DNA of 64,000 nt from a virus (IMGVR_UViG_3300027963_000056:29912-93911), one strand, 5' to 3'; counted from the first letter of the stretch, positions 9,576-18,487 are shown. Notes: generated from the sequence alone by a model not told the origin. Program-made: numbers and translations.

Positions 9576-10840
9576 TGGCACTAAAAAATCATTTTTGCCC
9601 AAGCCCATGGTTCCACATGCGTATTACCAACAATGGCGGTATGACCTATTGCCGTTGGGCAGACAAAAACACAACAGAAGTCAACATCCGGGACGTTGAT
9701 CCTCAAAGTTTTTTTCAACAGCACATGGCCGGTGTACGCACCACCATGTTGCAAGGTGAACCAGTGGCGGGGTGCAATAGATGTTATCTCATGGAGACAC
9801 ACAACAAGGTCAGCGGCAGACAAAAACAACTACTCAAGATTGGTGTGCGGGTTGAACAGTTTGAAAAGACCCTAGCATCAAGTCCTTGGGTCAACACCTT
9901 GGCCTCGCAGGAATTCTCACAGTTGCCCCAAGATTGGCAAATAGATCTTGGCAATCATTGTAACAGTGCTTGTATTTTTTGTCACCCCAATGCCAGTTCA
10001 CGATTGGCCACGGAATGGAAACGCATAGGTTTTATTGATCAACTGCCGGCACCAAACTGGACCGATAATCCAACACTGGTCAATCAATTCATTGCCATGC
10101 TGGAAGCAAGTCCGCATATTCAGTATCTACACTTTATTGGTGGCGAGACCTTGATAACTCCGGCGTTTCAAACCATACTACAAGCCATGATCCGATCAGG
10201 GTTGAATCGCACAGCCACCATTGGATTCACTACCAATCTTATCACGTGGAATCAGCCCGTGGTTGATTTGCTTTCACAATTTGCCGGCGTAAATCTTGGC
10301 ATGAGTATTGAATCATTTGACACGGTAAACGATTATGTGCGTTGGCCTGCTACCATGCCCAAGATACATCAGTACCTGGACCAATGGATTGCTATAGCAC
10401 GGGATCACAATTGGCTCATGCAGTTCCGTACCACTCCCACAGCATTGACCATTGACTCTTTGTTGAGTGTGTACCAGTATGCCTGGGATCGATCAATAGC
10501 AATCGAAAGTTGTAATTTTTTAGATCAACCTGAATGCATGCGCCCTTCGGTACTGCCCTTGAGTCATCGTCTGCCCATAATCGATCGTATGGAATCTTGG
10601 ATTGCGGAACATGATACCAACAGCAAAACCATTGTGAACACTCGAGATCCATCAGTGGCTCAACAACAGATTGTGCAAGATCTACAAAGTTACGTGAACT
10701 ATTTGAAACGTGAATCCGATGAAAGTTTTAGATTGCCTGCACTAGTGACCTATCTAAAACGCATTGAAGCCGGCCGTGGCAACAGCGTACTAACTTATCT
10801 ACCCCAATATGAAGAACTTTTCAGAACTGCTGGCTACTGA
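9575..10840 (+). CDS. Radical SAM enzyme with N-terminal SPASM/twitch-like domain
   Basis: FCPSPW...YC...CNRC, then CNSACIFC (CxxxCxxC) and GGET. Confidence 0.88.
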   Translation: MALKNHFCPSPWFHMRITNNGGMTYCRWADKNTTEVNIRDVDPQSFFQQHMAGVRTTMLQGEPVAGCNRCYLMETHNKVSGRQKQLLKIGVRVEQFEKTLASSPWVNTLASQEFSQLPQDWQIDLGNHCNSACIFCHPNASSRLATEWKRIGFIDQLPAPNWTDNPTLVNQFIAMLEASPHIQYLHFIGGETLITPAFQTILQAMIRSGLNRTATIGFTTNLITWNQPVVDLLSQFAGVNLGMSIESFDTVNDYVRWPATMPKIHQYLDQWIAIARDHNWLMQFRTTPTALTIDSLLSVYQYAWDRSIAIESCNFLDQPECMRPSVLPLSHRLPIIDRMESWIAEHDTNSKTIVNTRDPSVAQQQIVQDLQSYVNYLKRESDESFRLPALVTYLKRIEAGRGNSVLTYLPQYEELFRTAGY

Positions 10841-11057
10841 TTTAAAACTAAACGTTGTTGTGAATGACCAGGCCGTTGATGCCAACCTACACGACCCGTT
10901 GTTTTTCAACGCAGATGACACTGTCACCGTTGATGGTGTTGATATATTACCTAGGTATTTGCATCTAGCAACCAACGGCACATTGGCAATCAATGAGCCA
11001 TTTTATCACTGGTACCACCGAGTATCAGACCAAGGCTGGTTATTAACCCCACACTAG
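10809..11057 (+). CDS. Hypothetical protein
   Basis: 82-aa ORF overlapping the rSAM stop. Confidence 0.65.
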   Translation: MKNFSELLATDLKLNVVVNDQAVDANLHDPLFFNADDTVTVDGVDILPRYLHLATNGTLAINEPFYHWYHRVSDQGWLLTPH

Positions 11058-11112
11058 GGATGAATTTCCCAACCTTCACGAGCCCAGCGATACAGCATCA
11101 ATATATCTGCAA

Positions 11113-11232
11113 TCATTTTGCGTATATGGCCTTGGCTTCGTTTATTTTACCTGCCCTGGCCAATACTGTGGCTGCACGGGCTTCGCCCATGGCTTCAAGA
11201 AAATTCCAAACTGAGTTTAAAAATTGTTTCAT
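11113..11232 (-). CDS. Small hypothetical protein (39 aa, not in ORF track)
   Basis: Hand translation MKQFLNSVWNFLEAMGEARAATVLARAGKINEAKAIYAK; ATGA-coupled to upstream ORF. Confidence 0.6.
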   Translation of the reverse strand: MKQFLNSVWNFLEAMGEARAATVLARAGKINEAKAIYAK

Positions 11233-11399
11233 GCAAAATTCCTATCTGATTGTTTGTCGTACTGACGTTGCCAGTATTCTACGTCTGATGCGCTGGTTAT
11301 GCATTTGGTGCTTAAATACTGTTCCAAACGCGATTGATAACCTTGCTTGGGGAACATCTCAGCAAGACGTTCTATAAATTGAATAAACATTTGTGACAT
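11229..11399 (-). CDS. Small DUF3563-like protein (56 aa, not in ORF track)
   Basis: MSQMFIQFIERLAEMFPKQGYQSRLEQYLSTKCITSASDVEYWQRQYDKQSDRNFA; AAGGAG RBS and TAAATA upstream. Confidence 0.65.
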   Translation of the reverse strand: MSQMFIQFIERLAEMFPKQGYQSRLEQYLSTKCITSASDVEYWQRQYDKQSDRNFA

Positions 11400-11451
11400 T
11401 TATTTTTCTCCTTCGCCAGTATTTACCACTACGTAGAAACCATTATATATT

Positions 11452-12525
11452 ATGAGAATCAGATTAATTGGACAAAGAAACCAGTACGGAATAGGCGTAC
11501 ATTATAGCAATTTTGCCGATGCTCTTCGACGTATAAGTCACATAGGCAATCTAGTGGAAGAAATCAACTGTGACAATCAGGATGAAGTCTGGGCCGGGGT
11601 TGAACGCAGTCGTCCCGAAGACATCAATATCTCGTTTGTGAGCATGCCCATACAAGATCACTATCAAGGCACAAACATTCAATGGGTTGTGTTTGAAAGT
11701 ACTCGAGTGCCACCCACTGTGATGAACACCATGCTGACCGCAGACCAAGTATGGGTTCCCAGTGAGTGGGGACGGAAGATTTTAGTTGACGGTGGTGTTG
11801 CGGCTGACCTGTGTCATGTGGTACCCGAAGGAGTAGACAGTGCTCGATATCACCCATACGCACCCAGAGTAGAATCACCTATCTTGAGTTATCTCATTGC
11901 CGGCAAGTATGAACTGAGGAAAAGTATTATAGAAACCATATATGCCTGGATCCAGGAGTTTGGCAATGATTCTGACGTGGAACTTGTGGTCAAAAGCAAT
12001 TATTTTACCAACCAAGCGGCCAAGTACAATGAACTGTCTGGTTGGATCGAAAGCACTGGCGTTCAAAACGTGCGAGTGTTATGGGGCACCAGTTCAACAT
12101 CTGACCTAATTGACCTGTATCAACAAAGCCACATTTTTGTGTTGCCCACCAAAGGTGAAGGTTGGGGACTGCCACTAATTGAAGCCGCGGCAGTGGGCTT
12201 GCCCATCATCACAGTCATGCACAGTGCGCACACAGAATTTTTACAGCACATACCTTCCAGTGTGGTACCTGTGGAGTTTGACATGGCTCCTATTGCTTGT
12301 GAGGAATATAAATCTTATTACCCCACTGATGATGGCAACTGGGGTTCATGGGCACAACCCAGGGTTGACAGCATCCGCTCAGCATTAAGAACCTCGCGAG
12401 ACAACTATGTCACACTACAATCAAGGGCCTTTGCCAACAGTTCTATCATACGTGATGCATTTTCGTGGGATCGATCAGTAGATCGTGCGTTGAGCATACT
12501 TCATGCCAACGAATTATTGAAGTAA
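11452..12525 (+). CDS. GT-B (GT4) glycosyltransferase
   Basis: VWVPSEW, VVPEGVD, RKS, FVLPTKGEGWGLPLIEAAAVGLPII. Confidence 0.9.
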   Translation: MRIRLIGQRNQYGIGVHYSNFADALRRISHIGNLVEEINCDNQDEVWAGVERSRPEDINISFVSMPIQDHYQGTNIQWVVFESTRVPPTVMNTMLTADQVWVPSEWGRKILVDGGVAADLCHVVPEGVDSARYHPYAPRVESPILSYLIAGKYELRKSIIETIYAWIQEFGNDSDVELVVKSNYFTNQAAKYNELSGWIESTGVQNVRVLWGTSSTSDLIDLYQQSHIFVLPTKGEGWGLPLIEAAAVGLPIITVMHSAHTEFLQHIPSSVVPVEFDMAPIACEEYKSYYPTDDGNWGSWAQPRVDSIRSALRTSRDNYVTLQSRAFANSSIIRDAFSWDRSVDRALSILHANELLK

Positions 12526-12541
12526 AAATGTAACCCAAAAA

Positions 12542-12625
12542 GTAATACTCAAGTACTACCAAAACCCTACAGAGATGTGGGGTTTTCTTTTGGTTGACCA
12601 ATAATGGTCCTTTTGCTATAATATA
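12542..12625 (+). repeat. Regulatory cassette copy 1: palindrome + terminator hairpin + sigma70 promoter
   Basis: Near-identical to 26352..26435 over the first ~57 bp; TTGACC(12594)-N17-TATAAT(12617). Confidence 0.88.
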
Positions 12626-12654
12626 GACATAGAGTAACAAAACAGGAGCACCAA

Positions 12655-12906
12655 ATGCGCCACGTAGCAGGATTTAGTAACAGCACCCGAATTCGTTTTA
12701 TTGTCAACGGTTTTGGTATGTACGGTACTATCAACGACATCTACACAAAAACAGCCACAGCGAGCCACGGTGCCGCTCTGCGACTGGCCATACAGAAATT
12801 GGCTTATGATCGCCGTCACAGTAGTTTTACTGGTGCTGGTCGCCCAGTGGGTGTGAACATCACCCACGAGGGACATGACGTACAAATCACACTGATGGCC
12901 AATTGA
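12655..12906 (+). CDS. Hypothetical early protein
   Basis: AGGAG RBS, directly downstream of promoter. Confidence 0.8.
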   Translation: MRHVAGFSNSTRIRFIVNGFGMYGTINDIYTKTATASHGAALRLAIQKLAYDRRHSSFTGAGRPVGVNITHEGHDVQITLMAN

Positions 12907-12912
12907 TTTTGG

Positions 12913-12941
12913 TTGACCAATATTTCTCGATCGGTTATAAT
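12913..12941 (+). promoter_or_regulatory. sigma70-type early promoter
   Basis: TTGACC-N17-TATAAT; downstream ACTTGTATAGAAACTAAAA shared with the 26404 promoter. Confidence 0.85.
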
Positions 12942-12970
12942 ACTTGTATAGAAACTAAAAGGAGCCAGAA

Positions 12971-13255
12971 ATGAGTCACAGTTATTATGTTGTCAGCAAA
13001 GGTTCAGGTCTAATTGTCAACGACGGTCCTGCCAAAACTCGTGCATACAAAACTTTTGGTGCCGCAATGGCCACCCGCACTCGTCTCTGCCGCAAGTCGG
13101 GTTGGAACATCTCCGAACTTGCTATCATTGCTACCAATCACTACAAACCCCGGATGGTTACCCGCACTAATCTTATGACTGGCCAAGAATATCAAGAGGA
13201 CGTGAATACTCCTAGATCTTGCTCGCCCAGTTCAGAACTTTTTTGGACAATGTAA
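12971..13255 (+). CDS. Hypothetical early protein
   Basis: AGGAG RBS; NLMTG...NTP..CSPSSE.FW tail seen in phage early proteins. Confidence 0.8.
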   Translation: MSHSYYVVSKGSGLIVNDGPAKTRAYKTFGAAMATRTRLCRKSGWNISELAIIATNHYKPRMVTRTNLMTGQEYQEDVNTPRSCSPSSELFWTM

Positions 13256-13410
13256 TGATAGATCCCAAAGACTATTGGTTTAAAATGTCGTGGACACAAC
13301 CCTATGCAAGTTGGCCCAAGCCTGCGGGCAGGCCAACAGAATATCGGGAACCCGAAATTGTAGACTTTGCTGAGGCACGTGAAGTCATAGCAAGGATCAT
13401 GGCCAAATGA
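13255..13410 (+). CDS. Small hypothetical protein
   Basis: Coupled TAATG start and ATGA end. Confidence 0.55.
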   Translation: MIDPKDYWFKMSWTQPYASWPKPAGRPTEYREPEIVDFAEAREVIARIMAK

Positions 13411-13754
13411 AATGGTTTGCTGAAACTACTGACTACCGAGATAATACACCTAATGGCGTGTACTTATTAGATGATGGCAAGAGCAAGATGTATGCTTTTA
13501 AGCCGTTTGGTACAGGCACAATCAAAGTATTTAAAAACCCAATCCGCATTGATCTGCGTGGCCGTAAGTTTACCATTAACTCTGTTCAGTTTGAAACTGA
13601 CTTGAAAGAACCTGAACCTGAAGGTCGTGTGTTCACTGTGACAGGAAGCAAAGGCGATCAGTACACAGTGAACGAAGTGCGTGGCTCATGGTCATGCACC
13701 TGTTCAGGATTCAAATTTAGAGGCGAGTGTAAACATATCAAGGAGTTGTCATGA
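13407..13754 (+). CDS. SWIM zinc-finger protein
   Basis: GSKGDQYTV...WSCTCSGFKFRGECKH. Confidence 0.85.
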   Translation: MKWFAETTDYRDNTPNGVYLLDDGKSKMYAFKPFGTGTIKVFKNPIRIDLRGRKFTINSVQFETDLKEPEPEGRVFTVTGSKGDQYTVNEVRGSWSCTCSGFKFRGECKHIKELS

Positions 13755-14047
13755 AATTGACTCTAATTGCGGCATTGTTGTTTTCGAGCAGTATGGCGTC
13801 TGCGCAAAGTTACAACATACAATTTGAAGCCCAACCCAACCTGCCAGAAAAAATCATACGCTGGGTGGTAGTGGAGAATGTGAGTGCAGTTTGCCAAAAC
13901 AAGATTCCAGCCTTGGCTGGTCAACGCATCTTGGCCTGCTCAGAATACAACAATCGTGCCTGTACCATCTACACTGGACTGGTCACTGACATGGCCATAG
14001 TGGGTCATGAAATACGCCATTGCTTTGAAGGGCAATGGCATCGGTAA
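13751..14047 (+). CDS. Small secreted protein with HExxH motif
   Basis: Signal peptide; GHEIRHCFEG. Confidence 0.75.
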   Translation: MKLTLIAALLFSSSMASAQSYNIQFEAQPNLPEKIIRWVVVENVSAVCQNKIPALAGQRILACSEYNNRACTIYTGLVTDMAIVGHEIRHCFEGQWHR

Positions 14048-14058
14048 TTCTGCTACAC

Positions 14059-14092
14059 TCACAAGAAAGCTCCTTTCGGGGCTTTTGTTTTA
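14059..14092. terminator. Bidirectional-type intrinsic terminator (repeat copy A)
   Basis: AAAGCTCC-TTTC-GGGGCTTTT hairpin; 31/34 identical to 15597..15630. Confidence 0.8.
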
Positions 14093-15568
14093 TGCACGGA
14101 GCCAACATCCTTGGAAGTATTGCGGTACAATACTTGAAAGAGTAGTACATCCAGTAATGTTGGTAACATACGCTAAAATACACTGTAGTTGATCACCAAC
14201 TGCAAGATACACAAGTGTGCTAATAGAAGATGAACTTATTGCCCATCCAACACCGGTTAATATTTTAAGTTCTTGAAACGGACCAGATGCCACCGGAGAG
14301 CCATTTTTGTATATTCCAATTAGTGCAGATCCATAATATGCAGTGGAGGGAATAATCGATAAAGGAGGAAATCCTCCAGCACAAGCACTAATCTGATAGT
14401 ATCCAGCAACAGGTGCAATAAATTTTCCAGCATTAGTTCCTGACACCTGATAACCATTACTAATATTTTTACTAACACTATTATATACAAGTGGATATTG
14501 CGTTATCGAAAGGGGCGATACAGGAAGACTTTGCCCATTAGTTATTGTGGCTATAAATGCTGGACCACTAGTTGCAATATAAGGGGTTCCATTAATATTT
14601 CCAACAGTCAAGTTTGTAGCAATAACATTAGGACTGTTAATCATTGATCCAATTACTACGCCGGCAGCAGATATGTATCCCGCTGTAGCAATATTACCAG
14701 CAAACACATTGCCACTGGCGCTGATTGTGGCTGGTGCAAAGGCTCCAGTGATTGCTAAATTTTGTGCGGCGATATTACCTGCGGCAGATATTGATCCAGT
14801 TGTTCTTAGATAATTAGCCTGTAGATTTCCAGATATTGAAACTGCATTGCCTACATTTAAATTAGTAGCCACCACCGAATCACCTATGACTGTACCAGTG
14901 GTCGATATTGTACCAGCAGTGGTGATGTTGCCACCAGTTATATTACTACTGACCACAAGTGATGTCAGGGTACCAACACTAGTAATGTTTGGTTGTGCGG
15001 CGGTGGTCACTGTGCCAGCGGTACCTGCTGTACCTGCATTTATTCCACTCAACTGACTGCCGTTTCCAACAAACACGCTACCAAATACTGCCCCGGTTGC
15101 TGAAACAACACCAGCGGTTAATATGTTGCCACCTGTGGCATTTCCGGTTACTACAATATTAGAGCCTGCCAACGCACCTGTATAAGTTGGCAAATAAGCC
15201 GCAACGTTGGCATTGGTATATGAAGTACCACCAGTGCTGATACCAGTCAATTGTGAGCCGTTACCAACAAAGTAAGCACCTGTGACATTTCCACTAGCCG
15301 AAACAGTTGAGCCAGTTAGGGCACCTGTGTAAGTTGGCAAATAAGCCGCTACATTAGAGTTAGCATAAGAACTACTGGCAATACCAGTCAATTGTGAGCC
15401 GTTACCAAAAAAGTATCTGCCTGTTATGTTTGCACTGCCTGCATTTATTGATCGAGTGGCAGTGATATTGCCAGCATCGACGTTGGCTGCTGAAACATAG
15501 GTTCTAGCACTGACATAAGTGGTAGCACTAACAAAACTCTGGGATTGTACATTTGGGAATGATGACAT
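14090..15568 (-). CDS. Fibre-like virion protein with C-terminal C1q/TNF-like domain
   Basis: GNGSQLTG and ANITGGN repeats; GKFIAPVAGYYQI...IYKNG...LVYLAVGD...FQG. Confidence 0.8.
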   Translation of the reverse strand: MSSFPNVQSQSFVSATTYVSARTYVSAANVDAGNITATRSINAGSANITGRYFFGNGSQLTGIASSSYANSNVAAYLPTYTGALTGSTVSASGNVTGAYFVGNGSQLTGISTGGTSYTNANVAAYLPTYTGALAGSNIVVTGNATGGNILTAGVVSATGAVFGSVFVGNGSQLSGINAGTAGTAGTVTTAAQPNITSVGTLTSLVVSSNITGGNITTAGTISTTGTVIGDSVVATNLNVGNAVSISGNLQANYLRTTGSISAAGNIAAQNLAITGAFAPATISASGNVFAGNIATAGYISAAGVVIGSMINSPNVIATNLTVGNINGTPYIATSGPAFIATITNGQSLPVSPLSITQYPLVYNSVSKNISNGYQVSGTNAGKFIAPVAGYYQISACAGGFPPLSIIPSTAYYGSALIGIYKNGSPVASGPFQELKILTGVGWAISSSSISTLVYLAVGDQLQCILAYVTNITGCTTLSSIVPQYFQGCWLRA

Positions 15569-15596
15569 AAGCGGTCCTTGACTTCTATTTATGTAG

Positions 15597-15630
15597 TCAC
15601 AAGAAAGCCCCTTTCGGGGCTTTCTTTTTA
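15597..15630. terminator. Bidirectional-type intrinsic terminator (repeat copy B)
   Basis: AAGAAAGCCCC-TTTC-GGGGCTTTCTT. Confidence 0.85.
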
Positions 15631-15855
15631 CGCCTGGTCTACAAACTTTTTAAGTTCTTCGGCCTTGACCACAATGTCCGTACTGGACGGAAAATCGGGC
15701 ATGGTTGGATAAGGAAGAGTTCCGCGATTGGCATCATTCAGTTTGGAATGATATTCGTCGCTTAGGCTACTGCGTTTTTCGTAGACTGGCGCTTGAAGAA
15801 TTTCCTTGGCCAAGGTCAAGAGTTCGAGACGGATCTCGTAAGGTGTTTTGCTCAT
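15628..15855 (-). CDS. Hypothetical phage protein
   Basis: TPYEIRLELL..AKEIL...AEELKKFV; AGGAG RBS. Confidence 0.8.
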   Translation of the reverse strand: MSKTPYEIRLELLTLAKEILQAPVYEKRSSLSDEYHSKLNDANRGTLPYPTMPDFPSSTDIVVKAEELKKFVDQA

Positions 15856-15927
15856 GTTTTTCTCCTGTGTATGTGTGTGTCGCTCCGGTCCCGCCCTATG
15901 CAGGACAAGATTGCTACACGAGCAAGA

Positions 15928-16359
15928 TTACTTATAGATGTAATTGACGGTGTCAGAATTTTCGCGGTAGATGCCAGCACCATTCTTTAGGTGGAAACGT
16001 CGGGCCATCTCGGTCTTGGGACTGAGTGTAACGTAGGTGTCGATGTTGGGAAATTCCGCTTTGATTGATTCTTGAGCCCGAACAATCAGTTCACGCCCTG
16101 CCCCAGATGCATACGACCAAATTGTGTAAAATACCGCAGTTTTGGCACTCCCGACCAAGTCCACCAAGTCATCCACTGCCGCAGGAACCACATCCAAAAA
16201 CTTCACACAGGTGATTGCTCTGGTTTGGTCGCCGTCCTTGAGCATGTATATTCGACTGTTTTGATTAACACGGTCGGTGGCAGGTATCTCAGGTCGCACT
16301 GGGTCGTCCTTTAGGAGATTGACAATTTCGTCGGTAATACTTGTGATGGTGTGTAACAT
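15928..16359 (-). CDS. Hypothetical phage protein, possibly GNAT-like fold
   Basis: DDPVRP, VFYTIWSY..GAGRELI, TLSPKTEMARRFHLKNGA. Confidence 0.7.
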   Translation of the reverse strand: MLHTITSITDEIVNLLKDDPVRPEIPATDRVNQNSRIYMLKDGDQTRAITCVKFLDVVPAAVDDLVDLVGSAKTAVFYTIWSYASGAGRELIVRAQESIKAEFPNIDTYVTLSPKTEMARRFHLKNGAGIYRENSDTVNYIYK

Positions 16360-16425
16360 AATACGCTCTTTATATGCTTGCAAACCTATTTATCAAAGGT
16401 ATGTAGAAAAAGAAAACAGGGCCCT

Positions 16426-16695
16426 TCAGCCCTGTATTTCTCGATACTTTTGTAAAGCCCGTATCCTGGCTATGAGTAATCTAGTCTTTACATAGTCACT
16501 TAGTTCTTCATCATCATCCAGATCTGGTTGAAATGGTTGAACTCGGGGCTTACGTGCCTGACTAGAACACAGGAATTCATCATCCGGTGCATCATATGGG
16601 TTGGTACCCTGCAACCGGATGGCGGTAAACCTGTTGGGATTACTTCTTAGTAGTTTCGGCTTTGGCGGCAGGCGCGGTAGGTGCGCTTTTGGCAT
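16426..16695 (-). CDS. Hypothetical protein (start uncertain)
   Basis: C-terminal half looks protein-like; annotated start overlaps upstream gene by 56 nt. Confidence 0.45.
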   Translation of the reverse strand: MPKAHLPRLPPKPKLLRSNPNRFTAIRLQGTNPYDAPDDEFLCSSQARKPRVQPFQPDLDDDEELSDYVKTRLLIARIRALQKYREIQG

Positions 16696-16840
16696 CAGCC
16701 TTGGCAGGTGTACTGGCTGCTGGAGCAGGCGCAGTAACAGCAGGCTTGGCTTCTACTTTCTTTTCTTCTTTCTTGGGTGCATCTGCGGCAAACACAGAAA
16801 CGGCAAACACGGTAGCGATGAGAGCGACGAATTGTTTCAT
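16640..16840 (-). CDS. Small secreted Ala/Pro/Lys-rich protein
   Basis: Signal peptide ending VFA; AAGGAG RBS. Confidence 0.85.
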   Translation of the reverse strand: MKQFVALIATVFAVSVFAADAPKKEEKKVEAKPAVTAPAPAASTPAKADAKSAPTAPAAKAETTKK

Positions 16841-17020
16841 AGTAATCTCCTTTGATTTGAAACTAGCAAGAATTTCTCTTGCTGTATATACAACGCCACA
16901 GCCCTACAAAAGGTTGACACAGTTTGGCAATGTTGCCAAAACATGTTGCGATTGTGTTACAGTCGTACTATAATACTTAGATGCTGTACGCAACGGCTAC
17001 ACTTAAGAAAGGTAAAAATT

Positions 17021-17290
17021 ATGCGTTTTAATGAAGATACCAAGACTTACAAAGTCTTTTCCGCACTCCAAGCAGGCGAGACATTGACTCCTGCCCAGGC
17101 ACAACACCGTTTTGGTGTTAAGAACCTCAGCGCCGAAGTCAGCCGCGTTCGCCAGGCTGGTTTCTGTGTTTATGCCAACAGCCGTGTTGCTGGTAATGGC
17201 GTTAAGGTTACTGAGTACCAAATCGGCAAGCCAAGCCGAAAACTTATTGCCGCTGGTTACAAGGCGCTTGCAATGGGCATCGTAGCCTAA
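17021..17290 (+). CDS. Winged helix-turn-helix protein
   Basis: L..GETLT..QA..RFGV.NL.A.VS.VR..G pattern; TATAAT at 16969. Confidence 0.75.
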   Translation: MRFNEDTKTYKVFSALQAGETLTPAQAQHRFGVKNLSAEVSRVRQAGFCVYANSRVAGNGVKVTEYQIGKPSRKLIAAGYKALAMGIVA

Positions 17291-17317
17291 AAAATCTAAC
17301 ACTATTATTCAATAGTG

Positions 17318-17896
17318 TTATATGCCCGGGTGCAATGCCCGGGCTTTTTTATGACCAGCCGGATATTGCCAAGTCCAACTTCCATCATCTTTGTACAATC
17401 TTTTTCTTCCAGTTACAGTAGCAGAAATTTTAGCGGCACTTCTTCTCCCAGTTTCGGCAGAGTACGGTCTTGGTTTACCTTTGTGTGCTTGTCTAATTTT
17501 TTCTCTTACTTCTGGTCGAGAAGAAGCATTTCGATCTCCAGTCGCAGGTCCTTTTTTTGTCTTAGGTACGCCCATACCTTTATTCCACGGAATCTTGTTA
17601 GCATGTGCCCGGCGTTGATTCTCATTCCATTTGCCGCCACCAAATCCATCACCACCTGCGGTCATGTTTCGAAGTATCCCGGTACCCAAATCCTTGCGAC
17701 CATACCAAGAGATAAGTCTGCGTTCTATAGCACAGGCTCCAATATTGGTTAGGTTTGATTCTACAAAAACAATTCGATCTTGTGGCGGCACTTTTACCTT
17801 GTGGTCTCGATCCCAAGCCCTGCGACCTTTGCCCTTGCCGATATAGTAAGGTGTGCTATCTTTGCGTAGATAGGCGTAAACGTAGTAAATATTCAT
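17318..17896 (-). mobile_element. Free-standing GIY-YIG homing endonuclease with NUMOD3-like DNA-binding motifs
   Basis: YYVYAY...[38 protein letters not shown]. Confidence 0.88.
17324..17350 (+). terminator. Intrinsic terminator
   Basis: GCCCGGG-TGCAATG-CCCGGGC followed by a T run. Confidence 0.8.
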
Positions 17897-17957
17897 GCTG
17901 ATTGCTCCTTTTAAGCATTAGAGTAGTTGGGAATTCCCGTTCCGCGAACTACACCTA

Positions 17958-17969
17958 TATTTATAAATA
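17958..17969. promoter_or_regulatory. Back-to-back T4-like late promoters
   Basis: Palindrome TATTTATAAATA gives TATAAATA on both strands between divergent ORFs. Confidence 0.7.
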
Positions 17970-17984
17970 CTCAAAGGATTTATT

Positions 17985-18440
17985 ATGGCAGCAGGCACAG
18001 CATTAAACGCATGGACAGCAGATTTTATTAACACTATCATACCGGCTATAAACACAGCCCTTGCATATTGGTCTAAAAGAAACAGTACCACCAGCCTGGA
18101 GAGAGTTACAAATGACAAATATGAGAAAGGTAGCAGGAATGCTAAGCCAAAATTTATAAGTGTGCCTTTTACTTTTGATCAAAAATATGCCACTACTCTT
18201 CTTAACAGCGCCGTTGATAGCGCGGCTTCTGCTAGAGTAAAATTGGTCAATTTGTTGTCTATTCCTGAGATAAATCCAGCCACGGCCAATGGGTTATTAT
18301 CTTCGTTTGATAAAGCATTTCAACCTTTAGCCGATTTTCAAAAGAATACAAATTTACCAGTACCAAATTCTGTAGGGCAGGCGCTATTTGATTGGTACCT
18401 AAAAAATCTCAGATCAATATTGATATCTTTGGGTGTCTAA
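17985..18440 (+). CDS. Hypothetical protein (AT-rich)
   Basis: 151-aa ORF with AAGGA RBS after the late motif. Confidence 0.7.
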   Translation: MAAGTALNAWTADFINTIIPAINTALAYWSKRNSTTSLERVTNDKYEKGSRNAKPKFISVPFTFDQKYATTLLNSAVDSAASARVKLVNLLSIPEINPATANGLLSSFDKAFQPLADFQKNTNLPVPNSVGQALFDWYLKNLRSILISLGV

Positions 18441-18458
18441 TCACACGGGACACTACGC

Positions 18459-18487
18459 AAAAAACCCTGTTCACGACAGGGTTTTTT
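18459..18487. terminator. Intrinsic terminator
   Basis: AAAAAACCCTGT-TCACG-ACAGGGTTTTTT. Confidence 0.85.

Noticed and set aside
11060-11377. 105-aa + strand ORF from the track
   Set aside because: No convincing RBS or motif; two coupled minus-strand ORFs with RBS and late promoter explain the region better
14090-15568. Diversity-generating retroelement target
   Set aside because: No reverse transcriptase and no TR/VR pair differing at adenines seen; internal repeats are ordinary shaft repeats
16426-16695. Programmed frameshift fusing the secreted protein to the downstream ORF
   Set aside because: Frames overlap but no canonical slippery heptamer is evident; an internal TTG start is simpler
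17315-17752. 145-aa + strand ORF
   Set aside because: Antisense to the GIY-YIG gene and begins across a terminator
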